Source of the DNA: a virus | Reading direction: 5' to 3' (one strand) | IMG/VR virus record: IMGVR_UViG_3300042922_000982 | Coordinates: 93,407-157,406 of that record | DNA length: 64,000 nucleotides | In this document: positions 36,411-46,234 of the stretch, piece after piece | Position numbering within the stretch: position 1 is the first letter of the stretch | Layout: every line of letters begins with the position of its first letter | Program-made: the position numbers and the translations under genes | Notes under the pieces: generated by a model | Seen by the model: only the letters and a program-made list of their open reading frames with translations | What the model was told of the DNA's origin: nothing | Database searches by the model: none

Positions 36411-36758
36411 CTAGTGGACGTGGGGGGCGCCGACGGCGTACTGGGCGATGCGCTCGCCGCTCAGGGTGTGGGGGCCTTCGCCTTTGAGCAAGCACAGGCC
36501 GTTCTCCAGGCGCCGGACGATCGCATCGATGCCGTCAAGCTCGGAGCCGACCTCGTGCACCACCTGGGATACCGACGGGGTGGGCCGGGGGGCGACGGCC
36601 TCGAGCGTCTTGCTGAGCATGGGGCCGAACAGGGCGCTCTCGATGGCGCCCAGGCGGTCGTGAATGTTGGCGGCCTTGCGCAAGTTGTCCTCGGCGGCGA
36701 TCGGCAGGGCCTGGAGGGTGGGCAGGCCGCTCACGGTGGCCATGGGGAGGTTGCTCAT
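36411..36758 (-). CDS. hypothetical helical protein
   Basis: CCGAAAGGACGAGA leader. Confidence 0.6.
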   Translation of the reverse strand: MSNLPMATVSGLPTLQALPIAAEDNLRKAANIHDRLGAIESALFGPMLSKTLEAVAPRPTPSVSQVVHEVGSELDGIDAIVRRLENGLCLLKGEGPHTLSGERIAQYAVGAPHVH

Positions 36759-36787
36759 GGTGGTGTCTCGTCCTTTCGGGGTGGGGG

Positions 36788-37060
36788 TTACTTGTGGGAG
36801 GTCGGGGTCAATTCGAGCGCCGCCTCGATGCGCGACAAGGTGGCCTCGGTCATGCGGAGCAGGTCGCGGGTCTCGCACAGCCCGCCGTAGAGCGTGGCGT
36901 CGTAGCTCTTGGCGCAATCGTCGCCCTTCTGGCCGCCGACCATGGCCGTTTCGATGCGGTGGGCCATGGTGTTGAGGCGCTGGGCTGCGACCGCGATGGC
37001 CGCCGCGAGCGAGGGGATACCGGGCTGGCTGGGGGTGTCGGGCTTGGCGGGCAGGTTCAT
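36788..37060 (-). CDS. hypothetical helical protein
   Basis: CCGAAAGGACGAGA leader. Confidence 0.6.
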   Translation of the reverse strand: MNLPAKPDTPSQPGIPSLAAAIAVAAQRLNTMAHRIETAMVGGQKGDDCAKSYDATLYGGLCETRDLLRMTEATLSRIEAALELTPTSHK

Positions 37061-37422
37061 GACGGGTTCTCGTCCTTTCGGGGCTTGGGGGGCTTCTTGC
37101 GGTTGCGGCGCCGCCGCTTGCGCAAAATTCGGGGGTCCTCGGGGCTCTTCAAGCCGGGCATCTGCACGCGGGTGGGCGCCCCGCACGCCCGGCACACGCT
37201 CGCCGGGAACATGCTGTTGTCGAGGCGGCGGCAGGCGTCGCAGTACCGGCTCGGCGGGTAGTCGTATTTCGGCACGTACGGCGCGGGCGGCTTGGGCGGG
37301 TTGTAGTACGCCTGCTCGCATTTCCGGTGCATGGTGTTGTTCTTGCTACGGAGCCGCTGCTTGCAATACTCGCACTTCTTCGCCGTACCGGCAGGCGTAT
37401 GGGGCGGGGCCTCGTGTTCCAT
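37057..37422 (-). CDS. basic Zn-finger protein
   Basis: CEYC..HRKC, CDAC..CRAC. Confidence 0.6.
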   Translation of the reverse strand: MEHEAPPHTPAGTAKKCEYCKQRLRSKNNTMHRKCEQAYYNPPKPPAPYVPKYDYPPSRYCDACRRLDNSMFPASVCRACGAPTRVQMPGLKSPEDPRILRKRRRRNRKKPPKPRKDENPS

Positions 37423-37428
37423 GGGCCC

Positions 37429-38100
37429 TCAATCGATCGGGGACATCAGCTTGCGCTCGACGAGGTGGGCGCGCAGGTGCTCGATGATCTCGGCGCGGAC
37501 CGCCACCTGGCTCTGCGAGGCGTCGATCACCCGGAACCGGGTGTGCCGCGCGGCCAACGCCAAGTACCCTCGGCGCACCTTCTCGAAGAAGACCCGGCTC
37601 TCCGAATCCAGCCGATCCGCCTTGGACGCCATCTTCATCCGCTCGGAGGCGATCGCCGGATCGATGTCCAGCACGAACGTCAGGTCCGGCAGCGTGCCCT
37701 GGGTCGCCCACGCGTTCATCTGCTCCACCATCCCCAGGTCGTGGTGACGGCCATAAGCCTGATAGGCGGTCGAGCTATCGATGTAGCGATCGCACACCAC
37801 CACCTGCCCGTCTTGAATGGCGGGCTTGATGACCGTGTGGTAGTGCTGCGCCCGCGAGGCCATGTACAGGTACAACTCGGCCGTGGGCGTCCACAGGCAC
37901 TCGGGGTCGAGCAGGAGCGTGCGCACCTTGTCGGATAACACGGTCCCGCCGGGCTCGCGCGTGCCGGTGAACAGGATGCCCTGCACCGCCAGGTAATGCC
38001 CGACCCCCCGGATGGCGTCGGTCTTGCCCGCCCCGTCGATGCCCTCGAAGGTGATCAAGGTGCCGGGCCGGGGGCCGCGAACGTGAGGGTGACTACCCAT
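37429..38100 (-). CDS. tmk: thymidylate kinase
   Basis: ITFEGIDGAGKT, TREPGG, VVCDRYIDSSTAYQ, PDLT. Confidence 0.93.
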   Translation of the reverse strand: MGSHPHVRGPRPGTLITFEGIDGAGKTDAIRGVGHYLAVQGILFTGTREPGGTVLSDKVRTLLLDPECLWTPTAELYLYMASRAQHYHTVIKPAIQDGQVVVCDRYIDSSTAYQAYGRHHDLGMVEQMNAWATQGTLPDLTFVLDIDPAIASERMKMASKADRLDSESRVFFEKVRRGYLALAARHTRFRVIDASQSQVAVRAEIIEHLRAHLVERKLMSPID

Positions 38101-38395
38101 GGGGGGCCTCCTGGGGGGTGAGCGTGTGCATGCGCCAACTGTTGTCCGAGCGGCGCGTGAGCACCAGGCGCGTGCCCTCGACGATCTCGTCGTGAATACG
38201 GATGCAGCCCTGGCACCGCTGGCCGTCGGTGAACGGCATGGCGATGAGCGTGCCTGCGATGTTGCGCTGCGCGCTGCACACCCCCTGGCCGCCCCGCAGG
38301 TGGATGCCGCCGATCTTGACCTCGCAGACCGCCACCAGGTGGGCCTTGCCCGTCCGGCCGACGCGCCACGCCAGGTGCGGGATCGCCACGCTCAT
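38093..38395 (-). CDS. hypothetical protein
   Basis: operon packing; AHL..C..CQGC. Confidence 0.55.
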   Translation of the reverse strand: MSVAIPHLAWRVGRTGKAHLVAVCEVKIGGIHLRGGQGVCSAQRNIAGTLIAMPFTDGQRCQGCIRIHDEIVEGTRLVLTRRSDNSWRMHTLTPQEAPHG

Positions 38396-38985
38396 CCCCC
38401 GGTGACCTCGGGCTCGCCCTTGTCCATCAGCATCGTCATGGCCGTCGCCCAGGCGTAGTAGTCGGCGATCACGACGACCGAGATGTGCGCGAACAGGGCC
38501 CGCTCGCGGTCCTCTAGCTCGTCGAAGTGCCGGTATTCGGGCTTCACGTAGCGATCCTGCGCCACCATGCCCTCCCTCCAGGCCGCGTGCACCCGGCGGG
38601 CGCCCTCGACCCGGCAGTAGGCCCCGAGCATCACGTCGAGGCCCTGGGGCTCGAACGGCACCACGTAGGACGGCGCCAGGTAGGCGGGCTGCGTGAGCGG
38701 GAACGTGATCAGCCGCTTAGCGGTGAGCCGGTCGCACAGGGCGTCAAGGTCGACCAGCCAGCCGTTCATGGCCTCGAAGGCGATGTGCGCGTCCAGCTTC
38801 TGATCGAGCTTGTCGAGCTTGCCCCACTCGCGCCGCTCGGGGGCCACGACGCGCTCTTGAAGCGCCATGGCCGCAAGCCAGGCCGTGTGCACCACCCGCC
38901 CGCCGTGATCGGCGGCATAGCGCAGGTGCACGATCCGATCCGCCATCGAGAGCGGGCTCTTGGCGGTGTGCGTCACCTTCTCCAC
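38392..38985 (-). CDS. protein with two internal RyR-like repeats
   Basis: VHTAW..WGKLDKLDQKLD and VHAAW..FDELEDRERALF. Confidence 0.55.
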   Translation of the reverse strand: MEKVTHTAKSPLSMADRIVHLRYAADHGGRVVHTAWLAAMALQERVVAPERREWGKLDKLDQKLDAHIAFEAMNGWLVDLDALCDRLTAKRLITFPLTQPAYLAPSYVVPFEPQGLDVMLGAYCRVEGARRVHAAWREGMVAQDRYVKPEYRHFDELEDRERALFAHISVVVIADYYAWATAMTMLMDKGEPEVTGG

Positions 38986-38988
38986 GGC

Positions 38989-39576
38989 CTACGCCTCCGG
39001 GCGGGCGTAGTGGTTGGCCGCGTGCGCGATCGCCACCGGCGGCAGGGCCGGGGCCTTGCGCGAATCCGCGCGGCGCACGGCCACCTCGGCGTCGGGGGCG
39101 CCCTGCGGCGGGCGCGCGCCCGCGTGCGCCCAGTTGAGCGCGATCGCCAGCACGGCGGCGGCCACGGCGGCGGGATCCCAGGCGTTGCCGGTGTAGGTGT
39201 AGGTCCGCACCATCGGGTGGTGGTACAGCGGCATCACGCAATCGCTCGGGTGCGCCGGGGCCCCATTCGGGAGCGCCACCAGCTCACCCTCGCGGGCAAT
39301 CAGCAGCACGCGGCGCTGGTACGCCACCGCCATGCCAATTTCCGAGTGCGTGCCCTTGCCGCCGCCGGGCAAGTAGACGAACACGACGTCCGCGTCGCGC
39401 ACACCCGCCTCTTCGGCCAGGGCGATCTCGGCGGGCGTCATCGCCGGGCGATCCGGGTGATCCGGGTGGTGAATCGACCAATCGTAGGTGTTGACGTGCC
39501 CGGCGTCGACCAGGGCCTTGTTGACGGCCGCCACGATCTCGACGTTGGCGAACCCGGTGGCGAAGTAGTACTTCAC
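38989..39576 (-). CDS. nucleoside 2-deoxyribosyltransferase-like protein
   Basis: MKYYFA..TYDW..GVRDADVVFVYLPGGGKGTHSEIGMA. Confidence 0.75.
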   Translation of the reverse strand: MKYYFATGFANVEIVAAVNKALVDAGHVNTYDWSIHHPDHPDRPAMTPAEIALAEEAGVRDADVVFVYLPGGGKGTHSEIGMAVAYQRRVLLIAREGELVALPNGAPAHPSDCVMPLYHHPMVRTYTYTGNAWDPAAVAAAVLAIALNWAHAGARPPQGAPDAEVAVRRADSRKAPALPPVAIAHAANHYARPEA

Positions 39577-39628
39577 GACGGCTCCTTTCGGTACGGCAAA
39601 ACCCCAGACACACGCCTGGGGTTTTGCC

Positions 39629-39643
39629 AGGTGGAAAAGCCAG
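39629..39643. promoter_or_regulatory. 15-bp intergenic motif AGGTGGAAAAGCCAG, copy 1
   Basis: exact copy at 60188-60202. Confidence 0.5.
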
Positions 39644-39883
39644 CCCGCTGCCTGTGATGCGCTAGGGACGCGGCAATCGGGCGGCTATTGAAAAATTGTT
39701 GTCCGGGTGCTAATCCGGCAATCGAGGGCTATCTTAGCTCGCGCCATGAACGCGCACGAGTGATCACGGTCATAAACAGGGCGATTCGTAACATGAAAGT
39801 GCTCGTCAAGGTGTCGCCCCGCTTTACCCAACGCGCGGCCCCGGATGTGGTATGATGGGCTCACTTGTTCGGTGCTGAGACAA

Positions 39884-39921
39884 CAAGGGGGGCGGGGACC
39901 ACACGGTCCCCGCCCCCCTTG
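39884..39921. terminator. 17-bp perfect hairpin
   Basis: CAAGGGGGGCGGGGACC-ACAC-GGTCCCCGCCCCCCTTG. Confidence 0.7.
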
Positions 39922-39972
39922 CCTGCGCCTTCTCTTGCACAACTCTATCGGTTCTCTGCGGCTACTCCGACC

Positions 39973-40170
39973 TCATCTGTGCAGGTAGAGCCACGCCACG
40001 GCCGCGATCGCCACCCAGAACCAGCCCGGCCCGATGCCGCCGTCCTCCCAGAGCCACACGTCGGCCCACCATTGGCGAAGCGCCTCGGCGCGCGTCGCGC
40101 AATGGGCGCATGGCGAGTCAAGATCCGCGCTTTCCCGGTGGCAGCGGTCACAGTACCTCACGACCCCCAT
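39973..40170 (-). CDS. small Zn-ribbon/membrane protein
   Basis: CDRC..CAHC, hydrophobic tail. Confidence 0.5.
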   Translation of the reverse strand: MGVVRYCDRCHRESADLDSPCAHCATRAEALRQWWADVWLWEDGGIGPGWFWVAIAAVAWLYLHR

Positions 40171-40173
40171 GCC

Positions 40174-40542
40174 CTACCGCCTCGCGGCCAGGGCAGCCCG
40201 CGCGCAGCGGTGCGAGCAGAGCATCTGCGGCCGGTTCTCGGTGTAGCACGCCGAGCCGTTCTCCAGGACGACCTGGCTCTTGTCGAGCAGGATCACGGGC
40301 TTGCCCACCGCGATGTGCTTGTCGCACACGGCGCACACGATCCGGGGCTCGGTGTGCGCCGTGATGCCCACCACCTCCGCCGGGCAATCCGGACAGAGGT
40401 CCTCGTCCAGGCTATCGATTCTCGCCTTCTTGATCGTCCGCCATCCCGGCCGCCGCGTGAGGTTCGGCTCGCCCTTGCGGCACCTGTGGCAGTAGATGTA
40501 CACCTGCGACCCCTCGGGCGTGATGACCAGGGTCTTGCTCAT
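40174..40542 (-). CDS. Cys-rich Zn-finger protein
   Basis: CHRC, CPDC, CAVC, CSHRC. Confidence 0.6.
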   Translation of the reverse strand: MSKTLVITPEGSQVYIYCHRCRKGEPNLTRRPGWRTIKKARIDSLDEDLCPDCPAEVVGITAHTEPRIVCAVCDKHIAVGKPVILLDKSQVVLENGSACYTENRPQMLCSHRCARAALAARR

Positions 40543-40931
40543 GCCTCCTCCTCGGGGATCATGTCCAGGTAGCGCCGGGGGGTGCGGGTGCCATGGTAGG
40601 CGTCGTACGCCTCCTCGAACACCGACGGCGCCCACCCGGCCGCGACCAACAGGTCGAAGGCGGCGGCCACCTCGGCCTTGGTAGGTTTGCCCGGCGGCTC
40701 GTCGGGCTCGAGGGGCTCGGCCCACACGTTGACGCTACTGTGGTGAAAGCCTTGCTTGGCGGCGTCCTCGCGCGCCGCTGCGTCCGTGCGAAAGGGGCCG
40801 CCCTGGGCGAGCTTGGCGATCGTCGTGCCGGGCGCGGCCCCCGGCTGCGTGGGCTGCCGGGTGCGGCACCAGGACGTGTAGGTCTGCCGCCACCACCATT
40901 CGAGGGTCATGTCGGATTCGTCGTTTTTCAT
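40539..40931 (-). CDS. hypothetical protein
   Basis: AAGGAG RBS. Confidence 0.6.
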   Translation of the reverse strand: MKNDESDMTLEWWWRQTYTSWCRTRQPTQPGAAPGTTIAKLAQGGPFRTDAAAREDAAKQGFHHSSVNVWAEPLEPDEPPGKPTKAEVAAAFDLLVAAGWAPSVFEEAYDAYHGTRTPRRYLDMIPEEEA

Positions 40932-41104
40932 GGGGCTCCTTGCTGTTCGTGATGCATCACGCTGACAACGATGCCGAAATACAGCCAGCCGACCAGGTGG
41001 GCCCGGCCACCCGGATTCCACGGGCGCTCTTGAATCTGGGGCCATGGCCAGAAATCGCCGCCGACCTGGACGCCCAGCGTGATGGTGCTCAATCGGGGCA
41101 TGAT

Positions 41105-41407
41105 CTACGACCCCTCCGGATTCGCCGCCGGGGCGGCCATCTGCTTGAGGACGGCCTCCACGCTGTACGTGGCCTCCTCGGCGTCGCGCAGGGCCCATTT
41201 TTGAAAGGGGTGTAGCTCGGGGGTGCCGTCCCGCTGCAACGTCGCGGCGAGCTTGCGCACGAGGTCGACCAGCTCCCGCGAGGTGTGGGCAAGCTCCATG
41301 GCGCGCTCGTTGGAGAGCCCGCGCACGTCGGCCACGAACTCGCGAATTTGCGCCGCGCGCTTCTCCAGGTCGTCCGCTAGAATATCGCCCAGCCGGGCGA
41401 TGGTCAC
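41105..41407 (-). CDS. hypothetical helical protein
   Basis: GTGA overlap. Confidence 0.5.
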   Translation of the reverse strand: MTIARLGDILADDLEKRAAQIREFVADVRGLSNERAMELAHTSRELVDLVRKLAATLQRDGTPELHPFQKWALRDAEEATYSVEAVLKQMAAPAANPEGS

Positions 41408-41820
41408 GTCGTCTCGCAAGGTTGCCCCTCCGTTGTACCCGCCGCACCCGGCACCTCGAACGGCTCGCCTACCGGCTCGAACGAGTACGTAGGCGTCCGG
41501 CTGATCAGCCCCATCCGGATGTCCGTGACCCGGACCAGGCGGTAGCGTCCCGCCGGGGCCGCGTCGCAGGTGGGCGAGCCCAGCGCGATCATGTCGCCCA
41601 CCTGGGGATCGCGGCGGAAGGGCGGGTAGCACAGGAGCAGGGTGTTTTCAAATCGGTCCACCCAGCCGTCGTCGGGATGCTCGGCGGCGATCGCATGATT
41701 CTCGATGAGCCAGGCGGTGCAGTGCCGCTGGTTGGCGGCCTGATGGGCCTGGATGCGCTCGAACAGGGCCAGGAAGTTGTCCCCCGCCCGTGAGCCGTTG
41801 CTTCGTGCTTGAATGGTCAT
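41404..41820 (-). CDS. hypothetical protein
   Basis: ATGA overlap; AEHPDDGWVDR motif. Confidence 0.6.
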   Translation of the reverse strand: MTIQARSNGSRAGDNFLALFERIQAHQAANQRHCTAWLIENHAIAAEHPDDGWVDRFENTLLLCYPPFRRDPQVGDMIALGSPTCDAAPAGRYRLVRVTDIRMGLISRTPTYSFEPVGEPFEVPGAAGTTEGQPCETT

Positions 41821-42387
41821 GAATCCTGCCTCTTCTCGGTGGCGGCCTTCTCGGCCTCCACAATGCGCATGAAGCGCACGATATAGGGCGTCAGGTCGTA
41901 TAGCCGGACCCCCATCGCCTCCGCGATCTGCCCCAGGTTCTTCGTACCCTCTCGCCAGTGGCCCAGGGCCTCGTCAAATTGCGCATCCGTCAGCATTGGT
42001 AGACTACTTCCTATCGGTGGCGGTTTTGAGGTGCGCCCAGGTCGGGGAGAGCTTAGCCGCCCACGCGGGCACCCTTCCCGTCTCTTGAAACTCGCGCATG
42101 GCTTCAAGGCTTTGCGCACTCGTCATGCCTGTGCAGTTGTTGGCCGTCACGTCCTGATACCTCTACAACTGCGAGCCGCGCGGGCGGGTCGAAAGCATCG
42201 GCCGCATGACCGGCGGCACCGGCTCGATGGGGTAGCCTTCCTCGTCCTGTTGGACCGGCGGCGACGGACAGCCGAGATCGTCGCAACGCCAGGCGCGGTC
42301 GGCGGCCTGATAGGTCATGGGATGCTGGTATAGCTCACACTTGGGCATGGCGCCCTCCCTTCGGATAAGCTCTGATCTGCGATGCGA

Positions 42388-42672
42388 CTAGTCCGTAGAG
42401 GCTGCGAGGTGGGCCTGCAACTCGGCAATGGTGTCCGTTTTGCCGACACACCCGGCGAACAGGCCGCCCGGCGTGCGCAGGTTGATCATGCCGTCTGCGG
42501 GGTCCACCTCGGCCATTTTCAGCCCCGCCCGCTCGATGATGCCGCACGCCTCGGCCTCGTACTGGCACCGGGCTTCATAAAGGTGCGGGGTGATCGACGG
42601 AACGAAGCGATCGCGATCGCCGGGCGCCACATCGAAGGCGTAAGTGACGGGCATGACGAACAGGTGAATCAT
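42388..42672 (-). CDS. hypothetical protein
   Basis: GAGG RBS. Confidence 0.5.
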   Translation of the reverse strand: MIHLFVMPVTYAFDVAPGDRDRFVPSITPHLYEARCQYEAEACGIIERAGLKMAEVDPADGMINLRTPGGLFAGCVGKTDTIAELQAHLAASTD

Positions 42673-42682
42673 GTGCGCGCCC

Positions 42683-42958
42683 TCACCAATCGCCGCCGTC
42701 CCAGTTGCCGGGCAGGTATGGCGGAATGAACACCTGACAACCGCCGTCGGTGAGCATGCCGCTCGTATTCTTCTGGGCGCGGGGGTCGAGCTCGTTCTGT
42801 CGGTCGGCATCGATCACGCACGGCGACCCCGACGCCACGTAGATCGTCAGGCGCCGCCCCGAACGGTTACTCAGCGCGTCGAGTGCGCGGCCCGCCATGC
42901 GCATCCCGCGCAGAAACTCTTTCAATTCGGGTGCGTTTTCCATTTCCTCGTCGGTCAT
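42683..42958 (-). CDS. hypothetical protein ending WDGGDW
   Basis: GGAGGT RBS. Confidence 0.6.
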   Translation of the reverse strand: MTDEEMENAPELKEFLRGMRMAGRALDALSNRSGRRLTIYVASGSPCVIDADRQNELDPRAQKNTSGMLTDGGCQVFIPPYLPGNWDGGDW

Positions 42959-42976
42959 GCCGATACCTCCGCTTAC

Positions 42977-43192
42977 CTACTGGCCGGGGAACCGGAACCA
43001 GGGTTGCCAGAATTCCGGGTGCGTGCCGTTGCAAGCCGGGCACACGTCCTGCATCTTGCCGTCGTCGCCCATCACGTAGGTCCAGCCGTGCGCCTTGGCC
43101 GCCCGCCGGTGCTGGGGGAACGCGGAGTAATCCCCCACGTTCTCCCATTGGAGGCACCGATCGCACCATATATCGATCGTTCGGCGAAGCAC
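42977..43192 (-). CDS. small Zn-ribbon protein
   Basis: CDRC..GW..DVCPAC. Confidence 0.55.
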   Translation of the reverse strand: MLRRTIDIWCDRCLQWENVGDYSAFPQHRRAAKAHGWTYVMGDDGKMQDVCPACNGTHPEFWQPWFRFPGQ

Positions 43193-43350
43193 CCGCTACA
43201 CCCAGCCGATGAAGTTGGGCCGCGCCTCGATCCGCTTGCGCATGCAGCGCGTGTGCAGGACCTCGCCGTTGTGGCGGACGTGATCGCCCTTGATCAGGTG
43301 CGGGCAATCGGCGCAGATGGTGGTGCCGTCGACCGGCTTGTCCGGAGTGC

Positions 43351-43605
43351 TCATCGGGTAATCGTCCTTTCGAGGATCACGCCCTTGATCTGACCCATGT
43401 TGCGCCAATCGTACATGACGGTGTGGACGTGGGTGGTGTAGCGGGGGTCGGCGCAGTACACGTTCGCCTCGGCAATCGTGCTGACGTACAGGTACTGGGC
43501 ATAGGTGCGCGACGGCGCGGCCTGGGCGGGGCGTGGGTTTACCCACGCCGCCACCACGATCGCCAGCGACACCATGCAGGCAAGCCAGAAGGCGGCGAAG
43601 CGCAT
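43351..43605 (-). CDS. small secreted or membrane protein
   Basis: MRFAAFWLACMVSLAIVVAAW. Confidence 0.5.
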   Translation of the reverse strand: MRFAAFWLACMVSLAIVVAAWVNPRPAQAAPSRTYAQYLYVSTIAEANVYCADPRYTTHVHTVMYDWRNMGQIKGVILERTITR

Positions 43606-44147
43606 CAGGGGGCGTCCCCCGCCTCGCCCTTGGGCGCGCGCGAGAGCCCGGCCTCCACGCGCGCCAGGAGCGCGCGCCAGAGGGTGTCGGTCGGATCGCC
43701 GGGCAGGCCGCCCGTCAGGCCGTTGCGCACCACCTCGTTCTTGATCTCGGTGCGGCACGCCTCAAGCGCCGCGCGCAGGCGCTCGTTCTCGGCGCCCATG
43801 CACCCGGCGCAAATGTAGCCGTCCTCGTCGTCGCGCCAGGGCGTGTGCTTGAACACCAGGCACCGGGCGCACGTCGTCGCCTGCTGCGTGGCCGTGGCCC
43901 AGCCCGAGCGCAGCCCGTGGACCTCGTTCAAGAGCGCCGGGATGTCCTGCTTGGCGTGCGCGATAAAGCGCGCCTTGGCGTGATCCGACGCCCGGATGGG
44001 GTCGCCGCAATCCGCCGCCATGATGACCTTGCCCTGGGCGTAGACGCCCTTCGTCTCGGCCGTCCATTCGTCCGGCCCGGCATCCGCGTGCCGCTTGGCG
44101 ATCGCCTCCAGGTCGAGGGGCACCCGCCGCTTGAGCATGAACGGCAT
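43605..44147 (-). CDS. Ead/Ea22-like phage protein
   Basis: LDLEAIAKR..ARFIAHAKQDIPALLNEV. Confidence 0.6.
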   Translation of the reverse strand: MPFMLKRRVPLDLEAIAKRHADAGPDEWTAETKGVYAQGKVIMAADCGDPIRASDHAKARFIAHAKQDIPALLNEVHGLRSGWATATQQATTCARCLVFKHTPWRDDEDGYICAGCMGAENERLRAALEACRTEIKNEVVRNGLTGGLPGDPTDTLWRALLARVEAGLSRAPKGEAGDAP

Positions 44148-44677
44148 TAGTCGCCACCTCCGCCGCCGCCGCCATCGCCGCCGCCGCAGCCCGAGTCCGA
44201 GCTACCCGCGTCGTAGCCGCCCGAATCGTGGTGGCTGCCGTGGCTGTGGCCGTAGCCGCCCGAGGGCGCGTGCCCGCCGTGGTGGTCGGCGTGGGTGTGC
44301 TTGGGCGCGTAGCTCGGCACCTCGTAGGCGGGAGACTCGTACGCCGGGGCCGCGTGAATGGGTGTCATATAGCTCGGATCGTAGGTGCTCGTGGCGTACT
44401 CGCCGCCGCCGGTGGCGGTGTCGCGGCGCCGGGAGGGCGCGGAGCCCTGCGGGTTGCCGCCGACCGGCTTGGTGGTGCGGTTGCGGCTCACGCGCCCGGT
44501 CGAGGTCTGGTAGGCGGCGTCGCGCACGGCGTCTTGAGATTCGGCCATGCGGCGCGCGGTCGCGGCGCGGCGCTGGTACTCCTGCTCCTCGGCGTCCTCT
44601 TTGGCGCGCCTGGAGATCAAGATGGCGGCGACGCACGCCAGCACGAATACGGCCAGCAGGCCCAGAAGAATGTTCAT
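44147..44677 (-). CDS. membrane-anchored protein with Gly/His/Ser-rich tail
   Basis: MNILLGLLAVFVLACVAAILI; tail GGGDGGGGGGGD. Confidence 0.7.
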   Translation of the reverse strand: MNILLGLLAVFVLACVAAILISRRAKEDAEEQEYQRRAATARRMAESQDAVRDAAYQTSTGRVSRNRTTKPVGGNPQGSAPSRRRDTATGGGEYATSTYDPSYMTPIHAAPAYESPAYEVPSYAPKHTHADHHGGHAPSGGYGHSHGSHHDSGGYDAGSSDSGCGGGDGGGGGGGD

Positions 44678-44747
44678 GGTGGTGGATCCTTTCGGTGGTA
44701 AGGGGGTGGGGTACGTTCGGGGGTTATTCGGCCGTAGGGTTCGGCCG

Positions 44748-45143
44748 TCACGACGGAGAGTAGTCGGCCTCGAACACGTTGGGGAGCAAGGGGCGACCGG
44801 CGATCGCCCGATCGATGTTGCCGTGGGCGATGCTCGCCATGCGATCCCAGTCGCTGTGCGGCAGGGCGCCATGCTTCACCTGCCGATCGAACACCTCGCG
44901 GGCACCCTCGAGCGCCTTGGTCAGATGCGCGATCCGCTTCGCGTCCTCGGTCATGGGCGTGTCCGGCGGCGCCCCGGCCCCCTTCTCGGCCTGCCACTCG
45001 AAGAAGCGGCGCGCCTGGCGGACCATCTGGTTGTGCACGTAGGCGGCCTCCTGCTCGTGCACGGGGAGGTTTCCGTCAAGGCGCGGCAGCACGTCGGGCA
45101 GGCTCATGGCCATGGCCTTGATGGGGAAACAGTGCGCGCACAC
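44748..45143 (-). CDS. hypothetical protein
   Basis: operon packing. Confidence 0.5.
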   Translation of the reverse strand: MCAHCFPIKAMAMSLPDVLPRLDGNLPVHEQEAAYVHNQMVRQARRFFEWQAEKGAGAPPDTPMTEDAKRIAHLTKALEGAREVFDRQVKHGALPHSDWDRMASIAHGNIDRAIAGRPLLPNVFEADYSPS

Positions 45144-45147
45144 GGGC

Positions 45148-45732
45148 CTAGTACCCGTCGAACTCGCGCAGCGAGTAGTACTTCCGCCAGGTCATGGGCT
45201 CGGGCTTGACCGTGAAATCAGCCCGCGTGGGCGGCTCGTCGGGGTCGGCCGGGTTCTCGATCTCGGCCTGAATGAACGCGTCGACCTCTTCTTGCGAGGG
45301 CAGCGTCGGCCCGCCGTGACCGTCGAAATCCACCCGCAAGAACGGGTGAAGGGTGCTGGCGCACGCCTCGTGGGCGTAGGCGTCCTGGTTAGGGAAGAAA
45401 GCCTGCGGCTCGTGCCAGTCGTCCATCACCTTGTCGCACACCGCGCAGGTGTTGGCCGCGCGCTCCCCGCCGTTGTGCGCGACGCCGTGCGCGTTGCGCA
45501 ACTCGATCAGCAGCGCCTGAACCGCGCCGCTATCGCCCAGGAGGGTCTGGGCATCGGCGCCCGCCGCGAAGTGGGCGTCCATCTGCGAGTGCCAGTAGCC
45601 CTCGACCGCCTTGACGATGTGCGGATCCGTCTCGGAGATCGTGATCGCCCCGCCCTGGCGCACGAACGGCAGCTCCGGGCGGTAGAACGGAACGGGGGGC
45701 GGCGCGGCGGGGCCGCCGGGCTGGGTGGTCAT
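45148..45732 (-). CDS. hypothetical protein with CxxC..HxxC finger
   Basis: CAVC..HEAC; AAGGAG RBS. Confidence 0.6.
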   Translation of the reverse strand: MTTQPGGPAAPPPVPFYRPELPFVRQGGAITISETDPHIVKAVEGYWHSQMDAHFAAGADAQTLLGDSGAVQALLIELRNAHGVAHNGGERAANTCAVCDKVMDDWHEPQAFFPNQDAYAHEACASTLHPFLRVDFDGHGGPTLPSQEEVDAFIQAEIENPADPDEPPTRADFTVKPEPMTWRKYYSLREFDGY

Positions 45733-45976
45733 GGGGTCTCCTTCTCGGCCGCTTGGCCGGGCTCGATGGAGCGGAATCCGCCCCGGATCATGGTGTAGCC
45801 GGTGGCGGGCAGGCGCGTGCCGTCGGACAAGACGTAGCCGCCCGTCCGCGTGCGCGAGCGGATGGTGACCGCCAGGCTCTTCTCCTGGGGGCCGTAGGTG
45901 TCGATGAGCGTGACGGCCGCGCCGTCGTGCAAGGTGGCGAGCCAATCGGCGCGCGCCATGCCGGACAGACGCACCG

Positions 45977-46234
45977 TCACGCGGCCCCGCCATTCGCGGC
46001 GGCCATCTCGGATTCGGCGACGCGCACCTCGCGCTTGAGGCGCCAGGTGATCGGCCACCCGGCCTTCGCGGTCGGGTCGTTGCCCCAGGCCCAGTTGGAG
46101 GTGCCCCGGCTGGACAAGTAGAGCATCAGCTCGATCACGCGCAGGCGCTGCGGCTGCGTGTCGGGGCTCAGGGTGTAGCGCCGCGCGGGGGCGGCGGGCC
46201 GCTTGAGGCGGGCCAGGGCGGATCGTTTGGTCAT
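45977..46234 (-). CDS. hypothetical protein
   Basis: GGAG RBS, TACAAT upstream. Confidence 0.55.
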   Translation of the reverse strand: MTKRSALARLKRPAAPARRYTLSPDTQPQRLRVIELMLYLSSRGTSNWAWGNDPTAKAGWPITWRLKREVRVAESEMAAANGGAA

